A DNA stretch of 64,000 nt from Camelus ferus (GCF_009834535.1 NC_045697.1:106270001-106334000), one strand, 5' to 3'; counted from the stretch's first letter, positions 48,490-62,584 are shown. Program-made: numbers and translations. The notes: generated by a model from the sequence alone, not told the origin.

Positions 48490-48867
48490 TGCTATGGACT
48501 GAACTGTGTCTCCCCATAATTCATATGTTGAATCTTTAAGCCTCAATGTGACTATATTTGGAGATACGACCTTTAAAGAGGTAATCAGGTTAAATGAGGC
48601 CCTAAGGGTAGGGCACTAATCCAGTATGATTAGTGTCCTTGTAAGAAGAGAGAGACACTAGAAACACATACACAGGAAAGGCCATGTGAGGGCAGAGCAA
48701 GAAGGCAGCTATCTGACAGTAAGGAAAGAGAGGCTCCAGGAGAAACCAGTCCTGCAGGCACTGTGGTCTTGGACTTCCAGCCTTCATGACTTTGAGAAAG
48801 AAATTTCTGTTGTTTAAGCCACTCAGTCTGTGGTATTTTGTTATGGCAGCCAAAGCACACTAATACA
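48490..48867 (+). mobile_element. MLT1A-type MaLR solo LTR
   Basis: TGCTATGGACTGAACTGTG...TTTGTTATGGCAGCC...CTAATACA; similar to 30934-31299. Confidence 0.92.
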
Positions 48868-49621
48868 AATGACAAGTCAAAAAGAAAAATAATCAACGAT
48901 AGGAAAAGAGGAAAAAAGACACAGGATGAGACGGACACATTCACACACAGAGCATAACATATGGGAGGTGTAAGAAACCCAGACATATATACAGACACTG
49001 TGAGACCTAATGTTGTAAAACAGCGTTTCGAAGCCTTTTAAAAATCGCTGCTAAAGATTTCAGAATCACATGGGTTTCTTCTACTATTCACATAGTGACA
49101 TCTTAGGACTTGCCCTGATGAGTTGGTGAACTTAAAGTGAAGTTCCAATTCTATTTTCAAGTCACAGATTCCCATGTCCAAGATTACTCTCACTCAAAAA
49201 ACCATTAGTATGTGGTTATAAAATTGTCCTTGGAGTTTTAAGTCCTCCAAGTGCCACACCCTAACGAACCTCTTGGTTCTCCATTGGTCTCCACTATCTT
49301 TTCTTGATAGTCTAGGTACCATTACAAAAATAGGTGCGATCACATTTGGCACAAACCATTGGGATGATCACTTTGACTATTACTGCTCTTCAAACAAAAA
49401 TCAATACATGTATTTAGGAGTTAAGGTGATTAGCAAAATTTACACAAAATAAGATAACAGAACTAAAGCACTGCTTCAGAAAAAAGGTGAATTTCAACGG
49501 GGAGTCATTTTAGGAATGAAATATGTCCAGAGCAGAATCTTACATGTTATATCAAAATTAACTCAATAATATGATAGAAAAATGGTAATGCAAGTCTATG
49601 TCCAGTTTTACAAATACTTAC

Positions 49622-49734
49622 AGTATAATAATCCTGAAACACTGATGATTCAGAGAAAGTAGGCCAACTGGAGTCACGAGCCAAACAGGAAAACCTTTTT
49701 GACACAACTCCTCTCCAATCATACAATGCTCTGT
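49622..49734 (-). CDS. IQCM: IQCM internal coding exon (most 5' exon seen in the window), 113 bp, phase 1 to 0
   Basis: Acceptor TTTCTAACAG| and donor |GTAAGT. Translates (D)RALYDWRGVVSKRFSCLARDSSWPTFSESSVFQDYYT, resembling recalled human IQCM DKAFYDWRGFVLTRSFRLACDSRRVSFSQSSSIFRDYYS. Confidence 0.9.
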
Positions 49735-52700
49735 CTGTTAGAAATATCAATGTAGGTTAAAAGAATATTTATCCAGGGAAAGTACACACTGATCACACTG
49801 CTTAGTGTTACAAAGAGGAAAGTAAATCATCTTTATGGCCCCACTATTCCGTATTAAAATTGCATCTTGTCATCTAATCAGAGAGATGAAGAAGTGATAG
49901 CACTGCATTGAGAGGCTTCAATTAACGGGCTTCCTCTTACAGTAAAGCTCTCGTGTTTTTATTGCATACAGTGTGCCCATCAGAAAACTAATAGGTTCAT
50001 TCTTTTGACTCTTCTCTTCAAGAACACTGACTTCGTTTTAAAGGAAAGCTTAAAGCAAAATCATACTTGCGAATAGCACTTACAAAAACAAAAGAAACCT
50101 CCTTTCCCAGTCACATAAACAGCTTAACAGAAAATTCAGAATCATTATGAAGGCACAAGTTTTGACATTGCAAAGTAAATTAAATTACTGAAAGTACTTA
50201 AGGTAAATAGGTTGAAAGAGCAAAAGGTTAGCCAGCATATGCCCACGTATTTCTTCTGTCTCACGGCAGTTGTTAAGTCGGATTTCTGCATAATTTTTTT
50301 TTAATGAAGAAAAGATTTTATATTGATTTGTCCACTTATTTCTCAGAAATATTAAGCATTTTAAATTACAAAAATTCAGTTTAATCCTACCATCCAAATG
50401 AATCAAACTATTTTTACATTTCCAATTTTCTTTCTAACACTTACTCATATACATATATTCTTTCCTGAAACCTTCAATTTAATAGAGCCCTCTATGGGCC
50501 AGTTAATTTCATATAAATTTAGAGAAAAGAATATATTCTCTCATTTCATTGCTTCAATTTACTTACAGGACCATAAGTTAAATGTCTTCTATATAGAGAG
50601 GAAGAGTAGTCACATGAAATAATAAAAAAGTGGTATTATCTCAGGGACATCCTAATCAATACACGCACACACGCCCTGCCCCATTTTAATTTTATGTATA
50701 TTTCTTCAATTTCAGTCAAAGAGTCTCTGCCCTCTATCAAAAAGGAAGTCTCTAGAAGAGGCAACATAATAAGTCACACATTTCAATCACAATGCAATGT
50801 GAATAAGTGAATATATTTAATGGAACAAATGCCACTAAGGGGGAGATCATAGAGAATCTGAAAATATTAGTATCTGAGAAGAGGACAGCAAAGGAGAGGA
50901 CACACACATCATACTTTATTTGCAGACTTTTATAAACCTAGGGGGATATAAAAGGATAGCATAAGAGTTATTAAAGATGTGGAAGCCCCCACAAATTTCT
51001 TAGGAAGCTTTTTTGACTAACTTGAAGCATTTCCCAACTCATCGGCACCATCCCTGTCCCACCCACTTCCCTGAATGAACTTCTACAATAAGCATTCTCA
51101 CTATTTTAGATAACTGAGCAGTCTCTTTCCAATCTCCTTTTTTAAATTTATAAATTCTTCAGGGACAAGGAAAATATTTTACTTGGAATTGCTCTGTGAT
51201 TCTGGTTTATTAGCAATATGATTAAAGCAGCTATGTAAACACTAATGAACAAGAATTAGCCTCACAAGGTTAAATCTCACAGGCGAAAGGGAATCTTTGT
51301 GATCACTGAAGAGCCCAACCCAAAATGAAACTAAATACTATATGACTTATTTTTCCAAGAGATTCCAGAGCATTCCAAATATTTTATCTTGTTTACTCAC
51401 AAAACAGACTCATGTAATTGAGAAGGACATACATTGTTTTCTCTAGTATATAGGTATCATACTAGAAAATACAGCTATAACTTTTCCACGTCAGGAAGCA
51501 GTAAAGCCTCCACTAATATTCTCAAGGTAATCATTCACACCCTGATCTATGCTAACGACTCCTCCTCGGAAGCCACGCACAGAAGGTGACATGCAACAAA
51601 TTTCGGTTTATCCCACAAAGTCAGTAGAAAGTTATAAGCTGATAGTTTGAAGAAGACCAAAGTCATATATCAGACTAAATCGTCACAAACCCTTCCCGGA
51701 GCCAACATCCTCACAGATAATGCCAGAGAGAAATGAAAATTCTGAATACTAGGGTATGTGTGTGTGTGAGAGACAGAGAGAGACAGGAGAGACAGAGCAC
51801 AAGAGAAGGCTGTACATTGATAGGTGAAAAAATAAGAAATCTTGTCAGTACTCCCAGTTTATTAGCCAACAGAACAGAACAAAATACTCAGAGATTAAAC
51901 AAATCTGGGGAAAATGAAACATCAAAATTTGGAAAGAAACCAAAATATTCCCATCACATTAACAAGGAGGGACTGGCTAACTTTGAACATAGAAAAATTG
52001 GAAAACTGTTAAAATCTATACTAATGTCTTCCTGCACTTGAATTTCCTGAGTACTTACTTAGACTCTTTTTGAAAAACTTTATTATGCCACTAGTTCATG
52101 TTATGTTGTTGTCTTCTTCATACCTCATCTCCCTACCTAGGCTTAAAAGTTTTTCACTTGCTTTGTATTCTCCATAATATTAAATACAATGCTGTACCCC
52201 AAGCACAAGTTCAATATATGCTCCTGGATTGATTTAGCATCAAGTAAAAGGCCAGTCAGCATGCTGTTAAGAGTAAAAGGCCCCATACAATGCAACTGAC
52301 ATAAACACCTGAAAAACTGGGAGAATCTTTAGAAAGGTATTGTTTTTAATTTTAAGATTTTTCAAGACCGAATATTTTTCACCAAACCATCTTCCCTCTC
52401 TTGATGTTTATCTTGATGTATAAAATGATAATAGTTTTTAAATACATATCAGTTTTTATTTCATTTTCCATTTTCATTCAGATTTCTGTAGTTAACAGTG
52501 ACCCTACTATTTACACAGGTGAGAGATATTTCTAAAATCAAATAAGCGTAGTTATTTTAGAAAGTTAAATGACTTAGATGACTCACAGAAAACTGGTAAG
52601 ATTGTATCTGGTGATACTGCCAGGAGAATGAGGAAAGAAAGAAGGGAAAGAAGGAGGAAGGAAGGAAAAATCTCTAGCTAGTTAAAACATTCACCACTTT

Positions 52701-54649
52701 TCTATAGTCTTTGTAGCGACACATTTCCTCCATATTGCAAACCGATAGATTTGTCCAAGTTGTCTGAATATCAGCAAAAAGCCCAAAGACAATAGGAATT
52801 CAAACTCTTCAGACATACTGTTTTAGTCTACCAAGAAATCAAATGTTCATAAGAAATAATGTATGCAAGTGTCTCCAACAGAGCCAAAGAAGTCCAGATG
52901 CAAGCACAGTGTCTTTATGAGGACGTGACAGAGCCCAGGACATCACTGGGCCCCGTGGTCCTGTGTCCCTAAGCCTCTTTTATGCCAAGTTCATTCTGTT
53001 TCCTTTTTATCAATTCCCTTGTATCAATTAATTCTTTGAGTTAATTACACATGCAGTTTTAATCTGTAGGTAATTACAATCAATTAATAGTTAGGAGACA
53101 GAATTAGCAGTTCTTAGTTTGATTATCTATATAATTAAAAGGGGTGGTAAACTAGAGTTGACAAATAGCATCTTAATCACTTGAATAATCAAACCCCAAA
53201 AGCTTGCTTGGGCAGCTGAATTCCACCTCTTACATTAGTTTAAATTTTAGAATCAATGACTGAAATATCCATTTAAATCAATTTATATTGTTAATTTATA
53301 GTCAAAAATGAACAATGTGTATTCTAAAATTACTTAAACTACTTACCTTCTTTCGTTTGTTTATAACAAACCACTTCCAAAAGGAGTCAATAAAAATAGA
53401 TTCAACAAACTAACTTATGTATATCAACTAAATATCAGCAATAGAGATGACTCCCAAATCTTATGTTATAAAACATCTAAGAAATACGAAGTCCTTTTGT
53501 ACTAGGTTCTATTTAACACTTTTATTGAAGTGTGTACTGAGAGACAGCAAGTAAGCCACAGTTTTAATCTTTCATTTTTGGCTGTCCAATGGAAACAGTT
53601 GTTTGAAGATACAGAGCAAATACCAATAAGCAGGATAAGTTTAACGTGAGTTAGAAAAATTTATGAGGACTTCATTACGGTTAGGATACAATATAATAGA
53701 ACAGTGGCATCACTGTTGCATAATATCCTTGTGAATTGCCAAGTATTTGAACAAAGTTTGGCAGATACTTCCAAGCTTATAGTAAATAAAAAATGTCCAA
53801 AAAGAATCATGATTTCTGGCTCAATATGGCTTGTTACCTTCAGCTGTGAGGCAGCCCCTTTTATAGCCCCACTGAAATACTCTCATGATTTTAAAAAACA
53901 GATGAAAAACTCAAAGTCACAAAAAATTAAATTTAACCATTTATCAATCTGCAGATGAGAAAACATTTTTCATTGATTAGGATGATGAAAGTGAACAGAG
54001 GAAAGCAATCAGTGATATTTACATGACAATTCACCCCTAGCCCATCTGAAAGCTGTTAGAAAGAGATTTAATAAATACTAAGAAAAAATAAACAAAGAAA
54101 ACAGAACAAAAACCATTTCTCTAAAATGTGGGTGCTGCTTTTGAAGGATCATTTGCCTCTCCATGACCCCCCCCCCATCGATCACAATCCATTTGGACAC
54201 CACAACTCCACGAAAACAACTAGAAAGGAAGTAATCCTGATGGTAATTACCAGGATTTGATACAGTCCTATTTTAAGGGAAGAGTACAGTGCAGAACAGG
54301 GGACAGGCAGGTCTTGATAACAATGTATAATGGGGATTGTAATTTTCTTGTGCTGAAATAGCTAAAAATAGTAACGAATGAAGGAGTGGAATAGAAAAGG
54401 CCCCACCTTGGCAGAGCCAAACTGTTTCAGATGGATGTCTGCAATTACCGGGGAATTAGAGAGAAGTGGTCATTGACACCTTCTCATCAACTGCAGAACT
54501 AGAAAAGACCACAGACACACCCAAGTGAATATGGAGCAGAGACGAGAAAAATCTACCATGTTCTCCATCTGTAATCATTCACTTTGCATAGACCTATTTC
54601 TCATTCAAGGAAGAGCAAACACACTGGGGCCTACTTTAGTGTGACAATG

Positions 54650-54845
54650 CTAGTTAACATTCAGTTAGGACCTAGATTGCTAAATACTTAATATACATTA
54701 CCTGATCTATTCTGCAAAATAACCCTGTGAGGTGGGTGCTGAGTTTATCCCAGTTTAACAGAGGAGAAGACAAATTAAGTCACTTTTCTAAGTTTGGACA
54801 ACTGGTCAGTAGTCATTCTGAATTTGAAGCCCACATGACTGTGAC
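54650..54845 (-). mobile_element. MIR SINE
   Basis: AACCCTGTGAGGTGGG...ATCCCAGTTTAACAGAGGAG...GAATTTGAAGCCCA. Confidence 0.8.
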
Positions 54846-54863
54846 ACAAAGAGGAAAGGTCCC

Positions 54864-55340
54864 TGCAGTAGACTTAACAATGGCCCCAAAGATAGCATGT
54901 CCTAATCTCCAGAACCTGTACATGTTAGTTCATATGACAAGAGGGACTTTGCAGGTGTGATTAAATTAAGAATCCCCAGAGGGGAAGATTATCCTGGATT
55001 ATCTCAGTGGACCCCACATGCAAGTGCCCTTACAAGAGGGAAACAGAGGGAGATTTGACTGAAAGAAGAGAAAGAAATGTGATGAGAGAAGCAAGAGACT
55101 AGAATGATTGGAGGAAGAGGTCATGAGCCAAGAAATGCAAGCAGACTTTGGAAGCCAGAAAAGGCAAAGAAACAGATACTTCCCTAGAATCCCAAGAAGG
55201 AATTAGTTCTGTGAACATCCTTAGTCTAGTGGAATTAATTTTGGATTTCTTGTCTCTATAACCATAAGATAATAAATTTGTATTGGTTTAAGGGAGTAAA
55301 TTTTGGCAAATTGTAAGAGGAGCCATGGGAAACTCATGCA
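54864..55340 (+). mobile_element. MLT1C/D-type MaLR solo LTR
   Basis: AATGGCCCCAAAGAT...GGGACTTTGCAGGTGTGATTAAATTAAG...GATTATCCTGGATTATC...GGAAACTCATGCA. Confidence 0.9.
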
Positions 55341-55457
55341 GTCTACAATTCTGAAAATCTAGTAAAATATTCTACTTGAAGCAGAAGAAAATTTTAGAAA
55401 AGTGTTGGCATTCTCAATATATTGTAAAAAGCCAACTCTTCAAAATACAGGCCAAAA

Positions 55458-56884
55458 CATGGGAGTGCAAGTATTTTCTCAAATTAGGTTTTCAATGAAT
55501 ATATGTATGTATATGCATGACTGGGACATTGTGCTATATCCTAGAAATAGACACATTGTAATTGACTGTACTTCAATTAAAAAAAAACAGCATTTTCATT
55601 TTCTTGGGATATAACACCAAGGAGTGGAACTGCTGGGTCATATGGTAGTTATATTTTTAGTTTTCTGAAGAACTTTCATACTGTTTCCATAGTGGCTGCA
55701 CCAATTTACACTCTCATCAACAGTATACAGAGTTCCCTTTTCTCAACATCCTCACCAACACTCTTTATTTGTAGACTTTTTGATGGCAGCTGTTCTAACA
55801 GGTGTGAGGTGATATCTCATTGATTTCATCGTGATTTTGATTTGCATGTGTCTCTGTTGATTGGCAATGTTGAATATCTATTCACAGGCCTGCTAGCCAT
55901 CTGTATATCTTCTTTGGAAAAATGTTTATGCAGATCCTCTGCCCATTTTTTAATCTGGTTGTTCAGTTTTTTTGGTATTGAGTTGTATGAGTTGTTTATA
56001 TATTTTGTATATTAACCCGTTATCAGTCACATAATTTGCAAAATGTTTTCTCCCACTTGGTTGGCTTTTCCATTTGTCCATGGTTTCCTTTGCTGTGCAA
56101 AAGTTTTTTTAAGTTTAATTAGGTCCCATTTGTTTATTTTGCTTTAGTTTCCTTTACCTTAAAAGACAGGTCCAAAAAGTGTTTTGAAAATTTATATCAA
56201 AGAGTGGTCTGCCTATGTTTTCTTCTAGGAGTTTTATGGTTTCTAGTCTTATATTTAGATCTTTAGTACATTTTGAGTTTATTTTTGTATATTGTGTGAG
56301 AAAATATATCTGAAGAAAAAGAAAACACTAATTTGGAAAGATACATGCACTTCAGAGTTCATAGTAGCATTATTTACAATAGCCAAGATATAGAAGCAAC
56401 CTAAGTGTCCAACAATAGATGAATGGATATATATATTCCACATATATACAGAATACTACTCAGCCATATTGAAGAATGAAATGCTGCCATTTGCAACAAT
56501 GTGGATGGACCTAGAGGGTATTATGCTTAATGAAATAATTCAGATCAAGAAATACAAATACTGTACATTATTTCTTATATGTGGAAACTAACTTTTTTTT
56601 AAATGAATGAATATAACAAAACAGAAACAGATTCACAGACATAGAGATCAAACTTGTGGTTACCAGTGGGAAGAGGGAAAAGGAGGGCAGGATAGGGGTA
56701 GGGGATTAAGAGGCACAACTATTATATATATAATAAATAGGCTACAAGGATATATTGTACAGCACAGAGAATACAGCCAATATTTTACAGTAACTTTAAA
56801 TGTAGTATAATCTATAAAAATATTGAACCACTATGTTGTATACCTGAAACTACTATAATATTGCAAATCAACTATACCTCAATT
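55458..56884 (+). mobile_element. 5'-inverted (twin-primed) L1: minus segment about 55458-56303, plus 3' segment about 56304-56884
   Basis: Both arms are L1 ORF2-end/3'UTR in opposite orientations. Flanks AAAATACAGGCCAAAA (55442-55457) / AAACAACAGGTCAAAA (56885-56900). Confidence 0.85.
55495..55587 (+). mobile_element. Short younger L1 3' tail nested in the inverted L1 arm
   Basis: ATGAATATATGTATGTATATGCATGACTGGGACATTGTGCT...ACTTCAATTAAAAAAAAA, nearly identical to 63457-63547. Confidence 0.85.
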
Positions 56885-56929
56885 AAACAACAGGTCAAAA
56901 GCAATAACAAAAAATAAACTTTAGACCTT

Positions 56930-57750
56930 AAAAAATTGCAATAGTTGTAAGGTAAATGAAAATGGAATAAGTGTTTTTACAAACACAAGTAATATAAAAA
57001 AAAATCAAACAAGTAATGGCAGAATTAAAATGCACTTCAGAGTTAGTGGGGGTGTAAAAGACAGCACAGAATATCAAATGACTGGGTTTGGCAAGGATTC
57101 CTAGAATAGGAAGAAAAGTATCCAAAGATGACAATTATGAGACAGAAGATTATAAAGAGGACAAAAAATAAATAGCCATAGAAGGAATCATACACTTTAC
57201 TGAAGATGAAAACAGAACAATCAGAAATGATAAAAAAAAAAAAACCACACTACTGAATAATAATTTCCTGAGCTGAAAAAAAGATTTGACTCTTCTGAGT
57301 ATTGGGGCTCATTGCATTTCAGAGAAAGTTAATTAAAAGGGATCTGTACGCAAGTACATCCTGCAAAATTAAAGGAATAAAGAAAATTTAAATTGTAAGA
57401 ATAAAGAAAAGTTGATATATATTTAGAAAGAAAAAAATATCAAATGTGCAAAACATAGGTTGTTTGCCAAATTTCTTCTGTGAAACAGCAAAAGAACCTA
57501 TACATCATAGAATACTACCAACAGAGTTTCCAGGAAAAAAGAAAAGTTGTGAAACAGAAATTTTATAACCAAATTTTCTCAATGTATAAAGGATAGGAAA
57601 AAAAAGTCATTCTCAAATATACCAATGTCCTAAAAATCTGCATAGAAACATACGCATTTTTGTTTAAGTAAAGAAACAAACACACACTTATCTGAAGACC
57701 AAGACATGAATCCAAGTCAAGGATAAAAGAATTTAGAAATCATGGTATAA
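56930..57750 (+). mobile_element. Decayed L1/HAL1 ORF1-region fragment
   Basis: A-rich sequence with AATTTCCTGAGCTGAAAAAAGATTTGACTCTTCTGAGTATTG, typical of the L1/HAL1 ORF1 region. Confidence 0.55.
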
Positions 57751-59584
57751 GAGTACCAGTAGTTCTTCCCATAGCCAGTATGTTCAGTTCCAGTAGATCA
57801 CTTGGAGTACCTGGATGTTGTAGCTCTGACGTAAAGCTTGATCCTGCCAGGCTTTGCCTCATAGATTCTTTTCTGTTTATTCTACTTTCCCAGGAACCAA
57901 ACAATTTGTTTCCTAGGATATAAACTTGAACTCACAGTTCAAATGAAATGTTCTTTCTTTCAAATGGAATCTTGCTCTCTAACCAATAACCAATGTTGTT
58001 CTCTTATGCACTTACAATGGCTAAACGTTTGGAACATGTACCCAGAGACCTAGTTAACAAGAAATAACAAAGAACAATACAATGGCTATTTTCAGCTTTA
58101 CAGAACTTAAATAATGATTTCTCTCCTTTTAAAAGTTCAAGTTGAATCACCTGAGTCATGACATTGCCCCTCACAAAGTTCCTCTTTATATCACAGGAAA
58201 ACACTCAGTGTTCTTACAGTGCTCCATTGTTTAATTATGGGGGAAAATATACCTGGAAAACAGATTATAGGAAATATACCAGTATTTAACAGTAGTATCT
58301 CTGGGTGGTGGAATACTAAAGGATTGTTGTTTTTTGTGATAATGTTCTGTATTTTTCAAATTTTCTACAATTTGTTATAACTAATGGCAATTTTAGGGAA
58401 AAAAAGCATTCAAAATAAGGCCTAAAATTTGAGGTAAAAATAAGCAAAAATTATGTAAAAAACTATGAACAAAAGCAAAGTCCAGAGAGAGCGTCATAGA
58501 ATTTTAGAGATGGTTTACCTTTTGGTAGGCATTAGATTCAGACTAAATTTTACTTCTTTTTTCCTAGCAAGGACATTTTGTACTTATAAAAGAGAAAATA
58601 CAATTTGTTTTAAAACTTCTTTTAATAAACATGCAACAAAAATAAATCTTTCCTTCAAATTTGCCCTCAATGATCACAATATATTTTGGGAGCAGCATGA
58701 CATGAGGTGGGGGAACGATGACATCTTTATAGTCAAAACTCTTATTCTCCTCCCACAAGTAAGAGACAATCCGCTGTGTCCTAGTAGCTTTGGAAAACTT
58801 TGGTCTCAGGCTTAGGAATGAAAGACTCTTGATTTACTAAAGCAGGGGCCCAGGTACCAGGTCTGTCAGATTTACTTCTACAAAGCAGGGGCAGCTATCT
58901 GAATAGGTGATCTGAAAGCACCTGTTGATGGCAGCTCACCTTTCATCTTTGCCAAAAAGCACTCTGACAAGTACAGCTCATGCTGGCATCACACTGCAAA
59001 TGCCAGGAGGGCAGGAACTGTGCCCAGTGCACTGTTTTATCTTCCATACAACCATAATGCCTGGTACAGAATATGTGCTAATAGTTTAAAAGGAATTAAT
59101 GTTAAAATGAACTAGATGATGTGTGTTTTACAGACGACAGTGATGTCATAGGTTTCTAGGCAAAAAAAAAAAAAAAAAAAAAGACAGAGGTGCAGGATAA
59201 AAGTGCATAATGGATGATAATGTAATGGGAGTGTTCTTAGTGTCCCCGTTCCTCTGCAAATGGAAGCAATGGTTAACTAGTCTTTTGTTCGACTCACATA
59301 ACTCAAAAATTTTTTAAATTAATTTTTCCAGATTTCTTATGTATTGATGTTTGGACCATATGGTTACTTATTTCAGTCAAGATTTTGGTGGCCACACTCA
59401 TACATGCTTGGTGGAAATGAAAATTTGAAAAGACTTCTGGGAAAGTAGTTTATCAGTAAGAGAATTCTTTTAAAGCTAGTATTTTTGATGTAATATCAAT
59501 TTCTAGAAATCTTTCATAAGGAAATAATCTGAAATATGCCAAAAGATTAATAAACATGTGTATTATAGCATTATTTATAATAAT

Positions 59585-60109
59585 TGTGCAGAAGAGTTAG
59601 CATAGCAAACTTGAGAGTGCTATTCTTAGAAAAACATGCTTGCAAGGTTGACCCTCAGTTGGCATCTGAGTACTTGGAAGGTAAACAGTTCCCTACCTTG
59701 ACGTAAAACTTTGCCTAAAAGATAAGGATATCTCACTGTGTCTAAACTGTGCAAACAATATGGTTTATGCAGAATGTCTGCTTTCCTTTTGGAAATCTGG
59801 AATGTTGGTACATGCTGGGCAGAGGGTGCCTATGTAACCATGTTCCAGTAAGAACCCTGCGTGCTGAGTCTCTAATGAGTTTCCCTGGTGTCCAACCCTT
59901 CACACCTGTCATGTCTCATTGCTGGTGGAATTAAGTGCATTCATGTGAGTCCACAGGAATAGGACTCTTGGAAGCTTGCTTGCTCCTGGTTTCCTCTGGA
60001 CTTCACTCACTACAATGAAACTTAGCTGTGGATATGACTATATGCTGAGTCCCATGAGTCCTCCTAGAAGATCATTTTAATTGGGGGTGATTTTGGGACC
60101 CCCAACACA
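59585..60109 (+). mobile_element. MER68-like ERVL solo LTR with 5-bp TSD ATAAT, inserted in an old L1 3' fragment
   Basis: TGTGCAGAAGAGTTAGCATAGC...GCTTGCAAGGTTGACCCT...GGGACCCCCAACACA, with ATAAT at 59580-59584 and 60110-60114. Confidence 0.88.
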
Positions 60110-62147
60110 ATAATAAAATTGGAAATAACATAAACGTCCAGTAATGGGAGATTAGTTAAGTAAATTATAGAATATACAAACTTGGATTGTTTTTGATAAC
60201 AAAAATTTTGCCTGTGAAGTTGTTTACATTATACAGAAAACTGAAAATATTACATATATATATACTTTATTGCTTTTCATTATGAACAGAAAATCCGTAA
60301 ACAAAAGGACTAAGCAAAAATGTGCCAAAATGCTTAAAGTGATAGCTTCTGGCTTGATTTGACCAGATTTTTGTCTGTATTCTCCTCTTTTCTTTTGTTA
60401 TTGAGTGTGGGGTTCATAAATTCCTAGTATTTGACTCACATCCAGCCACCCTTTGAGGAAAACTATCCTAATTGTATTTTCCTCTTACAGGCTGCCCCAG
60501 GACCTAACCCATAGTTTATTAATGAAACCACCAGACTTGCTGCCTGAGCTCTAGAAGGACTGCATTAGGAAGTAGTCCTTGAGCCTGAGACAAACACGTA
60601 AGTTGGACAAAAGAGGGTAAGTACACTGAACATGTTTGGCTCAAACTCTGCCTACTTTGGTCTCTATAATTTTACATGGAAACAATCTTACACAATCAAG
60701 TCTTTAACAGTTTAATGTTAAGTGAATGAACAGAAGCAGGTTATTAGCTGAGAGATTAAGCAACTTCTCTACTTCTCTTTGAAACAGGTTGATAGTCCCA
60801 GTGTCTGGAAATATGGAACCTAGAATAACCATGGGGCTAAGGGGATGATTTTCCACAATGCCTTCAGATATATGTTCCATCACTAAAGGAAATATGCACA
60901 TGCCTCTTCCTTCCAGTTATAAGGAATGTGACCTGAATATCTGACTTTCCAGAAGTTCTATAATGAAAACATATTTTTCTGTAATATGAAAGGATGATTA
61001 AGCTTTAGAAAACAAAAACTATCTACAAAGTATTTTGTCACAAATCTTCAGTATTTTATTTATTCACAGGTTATGCATGAGCTAGAATTATTTTTCAAAT
61101 TCTGGAATGCGCTAGTCTTTTTAGAAAATAAAAACAAGAATCTAATCCCCTAAGAAAGATTGTAATTTTTAGTTTTTTCCATCTGTCTCTGATGATTGGC
61201 TTGTCAGAAGACTGAAGTTCATCAATATATCATCTTTACTAAAAACTGATTAAAGCAACGCATTCAATAGAAGAAAAAAGATTCTGGTGACAGAAAACAA
61301 GACAATCAGAACAGCATTTCAGCCTTGCTTATGTTGTATGTTTATTTCAAATGTTTCACTCTACTCTTTCCTACTCTCCTAGTCATAGCTAGTATCGAGC
61401 TTGTGTGTCACCTCACAAGGTCCATACCATATATAATTAGTGAAAACTTAAAACTAAATTGCAGGCAGAGTATTGTAGAAAATTAAATTAAAAATTTATG
61501 TAAATACAGAGTGATTCACAAAGCCCAAGTCTATAAAGCTACAGCAAGTATCATACATAAATATAACAAACAAGACTAGTGAAATAAGCTAATGACAAGG
61601 ACTTTCTATTTCTTATGATCAACATTTACAATTATTAGTTTTAAGGATTAGTGAGTTTCTACCTGTCCTTTTCAGTATCACCAGAAAGGAAGCAAAGATA
61701 AAACATAAACCAATGTTTCTACTTGTTATAACCACAAGTGAAAGTCTTAAGTTCTGAGTGGGTGATGAAAATTCTGAATATCAATGTGTTAAATATCTAT
61801 GAAGCTCAGTAGCCATGTGGACTCCATTTCCTTTATTACTAATAAATGAAAATTGATTGTACTAATAAAATATTTCACAGATGCTCTGTCTTCTTACTCC
61901 TACACATCAAAAGATCAAGTTCAACAAAATTTGGTTCTTTTGAGAAACATAATATGCATCACTTCAGCAGAAACTTTAAGAATAAGTGAGGACAAAATTA
62001 GGTTCATTTCTTAATTTATCTTAGAGGTTTTACTAACTACTATGTCCATGTATGAATTTTGCCCCTAGTTAAAGTGCTGTACTTGCCTTAAGCTAGAAAA
62101 GTGTTGAAGTCCATCTCCCCTCATTTGCCTATGCCATGGTGCCCACC

Positions 62148-62510
62148 TGTTGATTTTAATGTGTTGACTTGTCTAGGACACACTGCCCATATATTTAGTC
62201 AAACATACCTGGATGTTACTGAAAAAGGTATTTTTAGAAGATATTAACATTTAAATCTACTTTGAGTAAAGCAGACTGCCCTCTATCTATAATGTGGGTA
62301 AGCCTTATCCAATCAGTTGAAGTTCTTAAGAAAAAGACTAATCTCCCCTGAAGAAGAGAGAATTCTGCCAGCAAACTGTCTTCAGACTTGAAATGTAACA
62401 CCAACTCTTCCCTGGGTCTCCAACCTGCCAGCCTACACTACAGATTTTGGACTTGCTAGCCTCTACAATTGCATAAACTAATTCCTTAAAATAAATCTCT
62501 TCATGTATGA
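62148..62510 (+). mobile_element. MLT2 (ERVL) LTR
   Basis: TTGAGTAAAGCAGACTGCCCTC...CCAATCAGTTGAAG...CCCTGAAGAAGAGAGAATTCTGCCAGC...TTCCTTAAAATAAATCTC. Confidence 0.88.
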
Positions 62511-62584
62511 GGCATAGGAGTGGGAGAGAGACTCATTTTTTAAAAATTACATACAGAGAAAGAGAGAGAAATATATCTATCTCT

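Noticed and set aside
49731..49737. Alternative tandem acceptor CAG/ACAG 4 nt apart
   Set aside because: Only the upstream AG keeps the frame; no evidence for use of the other.
53341..53430. Perfect minus-strand donor AAG|GTAAGT as a further IQCM exon
   Set aside because: Upstream sequence has stops and no similarity to IQCM; the next true upstream exon was not found and probably lies beyond the window.
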